Positions 60,701-64,000 of a DNA stretch of 64,000 nucleotides are shown here, piece by piece; the first letter of the stretch is position 1; every line of letters begins with the position of its first letter. The stretch lies in contig NC_087438.1 of the NCBI RefSeq assembly GCF_036321535.1, positions 2,356,001 through 2,420,000 of the forward strand. The letters run 5' to 3'. The position numbers and the translations under genes are program-made. This stretch comes from Camelus dromedarius. Lineage: Eukaryota. Under the pieces are notes generated by a model that worked only from the letters and a program-made list of their open reading frames with translations, was not told the DNA's origin and did no database searches.

Positions 60701-63700
60701 AGGAGTCTTCCATCCTCTGACTCCCTGGAGGCCTCAGCTCGGAGGGGGCAGTGGTGGGATACGTCTCAGGGGAAGCAAGGAGATGCTGAGGGAGGACGAG
60801 CAGGGGCTGGGGGAGAGAGAGGTGCATGAGGTGGCCTCGCTTGCAAGAAATTGATTTGAAATCGAATTCTCGCAAGAAGTGGCACGTTGGACCTGCCGAG
60901 ACTCCGAGGAAGGACGGGCAACATCACCGAGCAGGGCGTAAAGCAGATGATCCTCGCCATCCTAACATGCTGCCTGCGCTCCAAACAGCGGGCGCCTGGG
61001 TCCCGAGTCAAGCCGAGGCTTAGGAGAGCTTTGTTTAAGGATGAACAGGACAAGGCCAGCTTGAAACCCTAAGGGCTGGCGAGGCTTTGTCACGGTCGTG
61101 ACTTAGCCCGTCTTTTTCTTGTTTACGTGTGACCTGAAGAAAACTCAGCCGGCCACCTCTTCCCTTGTTTGAAGACGGTGACCCTGCTCCCCGGGGAAGG
61201 CACCTTGGTCCCTGGTGGTCGCCGGTGCTTCCGTCCCCACGTAGCCCTTGGTGGTCCCGCCGGTGGCAGTGCCCTGTAATTCTGGCAAACGGATGCGGTG
61301 CGGGCAAGAGTGTCTCAGACCCCTCGTCCATTACGGGACGATTTTTCTCCGTCAGAGCCGTCCTAAGTCAAACAAAGCCCGCGTGCGGCTCGGCGAGCTG
61401 CCGTGCTGAGTGCGTCTCGGTTTATTTTTCTGGTGAAAAAATAAACTATTACTTTGACTAATAACTCCGGTGGAATGTGGGCTGGGGGCATGGGTGCCAG
61501 AAGAAAGGGACCCCTCGGTCCTCGTCACAATCCCGCCCTGAGGCGGAGGGCGCGCTAGCAAGGTTTCAGGCCTGGCCTGTGTCATGACTGAAAATGTTCT
61601 AAATACTCGAAGGGGGAGAAGCCATTCTGATTCCTTTGGGTCTAAAGATACACAAACACCTGCAAAGGCTTGTTATTAAAAGTCTTCATTCTTAAAAAAA
61701 TATTGTTGATATTTATGCTTTACATCGAGATAGCATTTGATATTTTAAACCGGTGGGAAAGCGCACACAGATAACGTGGCCCGTAGGCGAGCAGTGTCCC
61801 GGCGGGAGGGGGTGCCCCGAGCTGGAGCCGGCTCTGAACGGTGCTCTTTTGATGGAGAAGAAGAGGGTTTACCTAGCCCCTCGCTGAGGGCCTCTGTCTG
61901 TCCTTCCTGCCAAAAATATCCGGGCAGCACATACGCGCCCTCTGAAAAGCTACCATAGCACGACCATATTTTCTATGTGGTTTAAAACAAATTTTGATTC
62001 TGGAAGACTCCCTTTTGAGTTACCTTTGCGTCTTGGAGACGTGTCCTGGTTTGAGGGTTAGACTTCTCTCTTCGAAGCTATCCTTCCACAGCCGAATAAC
62101 ACCAATTTCCTCTGATTCTTCTCATGACTTCACTCACAAGCATCAGTTTGAAAGTGCACAGTGCGTGCATTGAACAGTTGGCCCCTTTTTATCATTTGAA
62201 ATGCATACAACTTACTATACCCGTCTTCCACTCAATATCTTCTATTAAATGCTTAATGAATTATAAAAATTGAGCCGTTCAGCACACTTGGCACTGTCCA
62301 CAATAATGTCACACTACTTCGATGTGGTCTTTTTTCATTTGTGTTTGTCTCTGTGTGTGTGTATGGAGTCTTCATGTGAAGTTTCTGCAGCAACGGTGAT
62401 TTTTACAGTGACTTGAGATATTGGAACGGATTCCGTGGGCTGTCATTTGTCAGGGGCTGCTGATGGAATGTCCCCCACAGCATCTCTTGCTCCCACCCAG
62501 ACCCACCCCCCGACAGTCAACCTGGAGCACACACTGGCCACGTGTCCGGGTCGTTCCTGACCTTTCTCCCTCCTCATTCAATTGTTTTCCTTTCAGAAAA
62601 TTAATAAACCAGGGCTTTCTCGTGTATTGTGACTTCGTATATAATTCCCTTTATTTCTGACTTTTCATAATTCTCCTGACCCTCCACACTTGGCTGGTGC
62701 AGCAAACGCTGGACAATTACCTGCCACAGGCCACACACTCGCAGCAGCACGTCCACAAATCCTTAGAACCCGGGGGGAGGTCTGGGTGATGAGTGTCTCA
62801 CTGCAGGTGGAGGGGAGCAGGTGGCTGGCCCTGGGGTCAGGGCGAGGTGCCATGAGGGCCGGACCCTCGTGGGTTCTGCTCCAGGACCCGTGATCATGGA
62901 GGCACATGGGCCAGGAGCCCCAGACCACAAGTCCCTGCATCCTGGACACACTGATGTGGGTGCTTCCTCGTCTCTCTGTCTTGATGTTTGGGTTTAGTGG
63001 GGAGGACGGGCCACCTGGGGCGTCTTGGAGCCCTGGGCTCTTCACATGCCGTGAGTGGTTCTGTTCTCACTGCGCAGAGTCTGAGGCCACGGTGCTTCCT
63101 GACGGCTACTCCCTGCTCCCGCCGCTCCTGTGATGGCCAAATGCAGGGACAGGGGAGTGAGCAGACGACTTCTGTGGTTCCTGTCCTGTGTTCCGTCCCC
63201 CTTGTGAAGAGACCATGCATGGTCTCCAAGCTTCTCTGAAACAGGGCAGAAAGGGCAGCCGACCTCCTAAAACCCAACGTGAGACACAGGCGGGAAACTT
63301 CATTTCCAGGAGCTCGAAACCATGGCAGGGACGATCGGCTGCAAAATAAATGTTCTGTGACCTCATAGCCATCAGTGTGCTTACAGCCTACATCTCTGCA
63401 CCTGCAGAAACAGGGACAGTCAGGTCTACAGGGTTCTTGGGACATGCAAGTAGCTCCTCTCTGAGAACACATGGAAACCTACATTCTAAAAGCATCATAA
63501 CCCTCACAGGTGCTGCTGCAAGGGGCAGGCACTTAGCAAGGAAGATCGGTACTCTCCCCCATGCCTAAACAGACAGGCGAGCCGGGGCGCCTTCCTCAGC
63601 GGCAGTGCTTGGCCCCTGGACCGTTTACGTGGTGAAGGCAGAGCAGAGCACGGTCCTCACAGCCTAGAACCTGCGGCTCTTCTGGGGAGAGAGATAGAAA

Positions 63701-64000
63701 GAGAGGTGTGCTGAACAGACACAGGTGTGCCTGCCCACAACTCCTTGGGGGCAGGGCCCCTAGGTTGCCCCAGGGCTTTGCTCATCTCTGGCCACTTCTG
63801 CTTTGTGTGCCTCTCCCAGGGCGTGGTCCCCGGGCTGCCTCCAGCGGACTTTTTTGCAGCCTATAGAAAATAAAGAAGGATTCATGCCTCACACTCCATA
63901 AAACACAAGAAAACATGTTTTAGCTTTGGAGAAAGAATTAGAAATCCAAGCCATTTTCCAGCTGGTCAATTAATGGTCTTTCCGAATCAGGCCTGTGAAG

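Noticed and set aside
60887-61072. 61-aa ORF LDLPRLRGRTGNITEQGVKQMILAIL...
   Set aside because: Non-ATG start, an overlapping alternative frame is equally open, and no homology recalled.
63209-63226. 18-bp perfect palindrome GAGACCATGCATGGTCTC (also a 14-bp one at 47826-47839)
   Set aside because: A rough uniform-base estimate gives about 0.25 and about 4 expected by chance per 64 kb respectively. The shorter one lies inside an MLT1 LTR.
1-64000. CRISPR arrays, operons or other prokaryotic/viral systems
   Set aside because: No repeat-spacer arrays, dense coding blocks or retroviral gag/pol/env frames are present. The sequence is typical repeat-rich mammalian non-coding DNA.

Overview
This is mammalian genomic DNA, most likely a camelid, inferred from six tRNA-Ala(AGC)-derived SINE loci (seven monomers) of the vic-1 type and cetartiodactyl-style L1 3' ends. 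It looks intergenic or deep-intronic, with GC/CpG-rich unique sequence suggestive of a subtelomeric region. I cannot support any protein-coding gene. The long ORFs in the track are chance frames in GC-rich DNA, L1 ORF2 remnants, or N-gap artefacts. About 30% of the window (hand estimate) is recognisable interspersed repeat: many L1 fragments (mostly minus strand), vic-1 SINEs, MIR, L2, MLT1 LTRs and an internally deleted Tigger1. There are also microsatellites and one assembly gap. Repeat family names come from recalled consensus sequences, not from a RepeatMasker run. I found no convincing new multi-gene system. The most unusual observations are four. (1) A 1,065-bp segment sits inside an ancient L1 between two 115-bp direct repeats that differ at one base. 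(2) A dimeric vic-1 SINE is enclosed by a single 17-bp target-site duplication. (3) Strong A/T-to-G/C substitution bias is visible in several repeats, consistent with GC-biased gene conversion. (4) There are several candidate developmental enhancers and candidate spliced exons.
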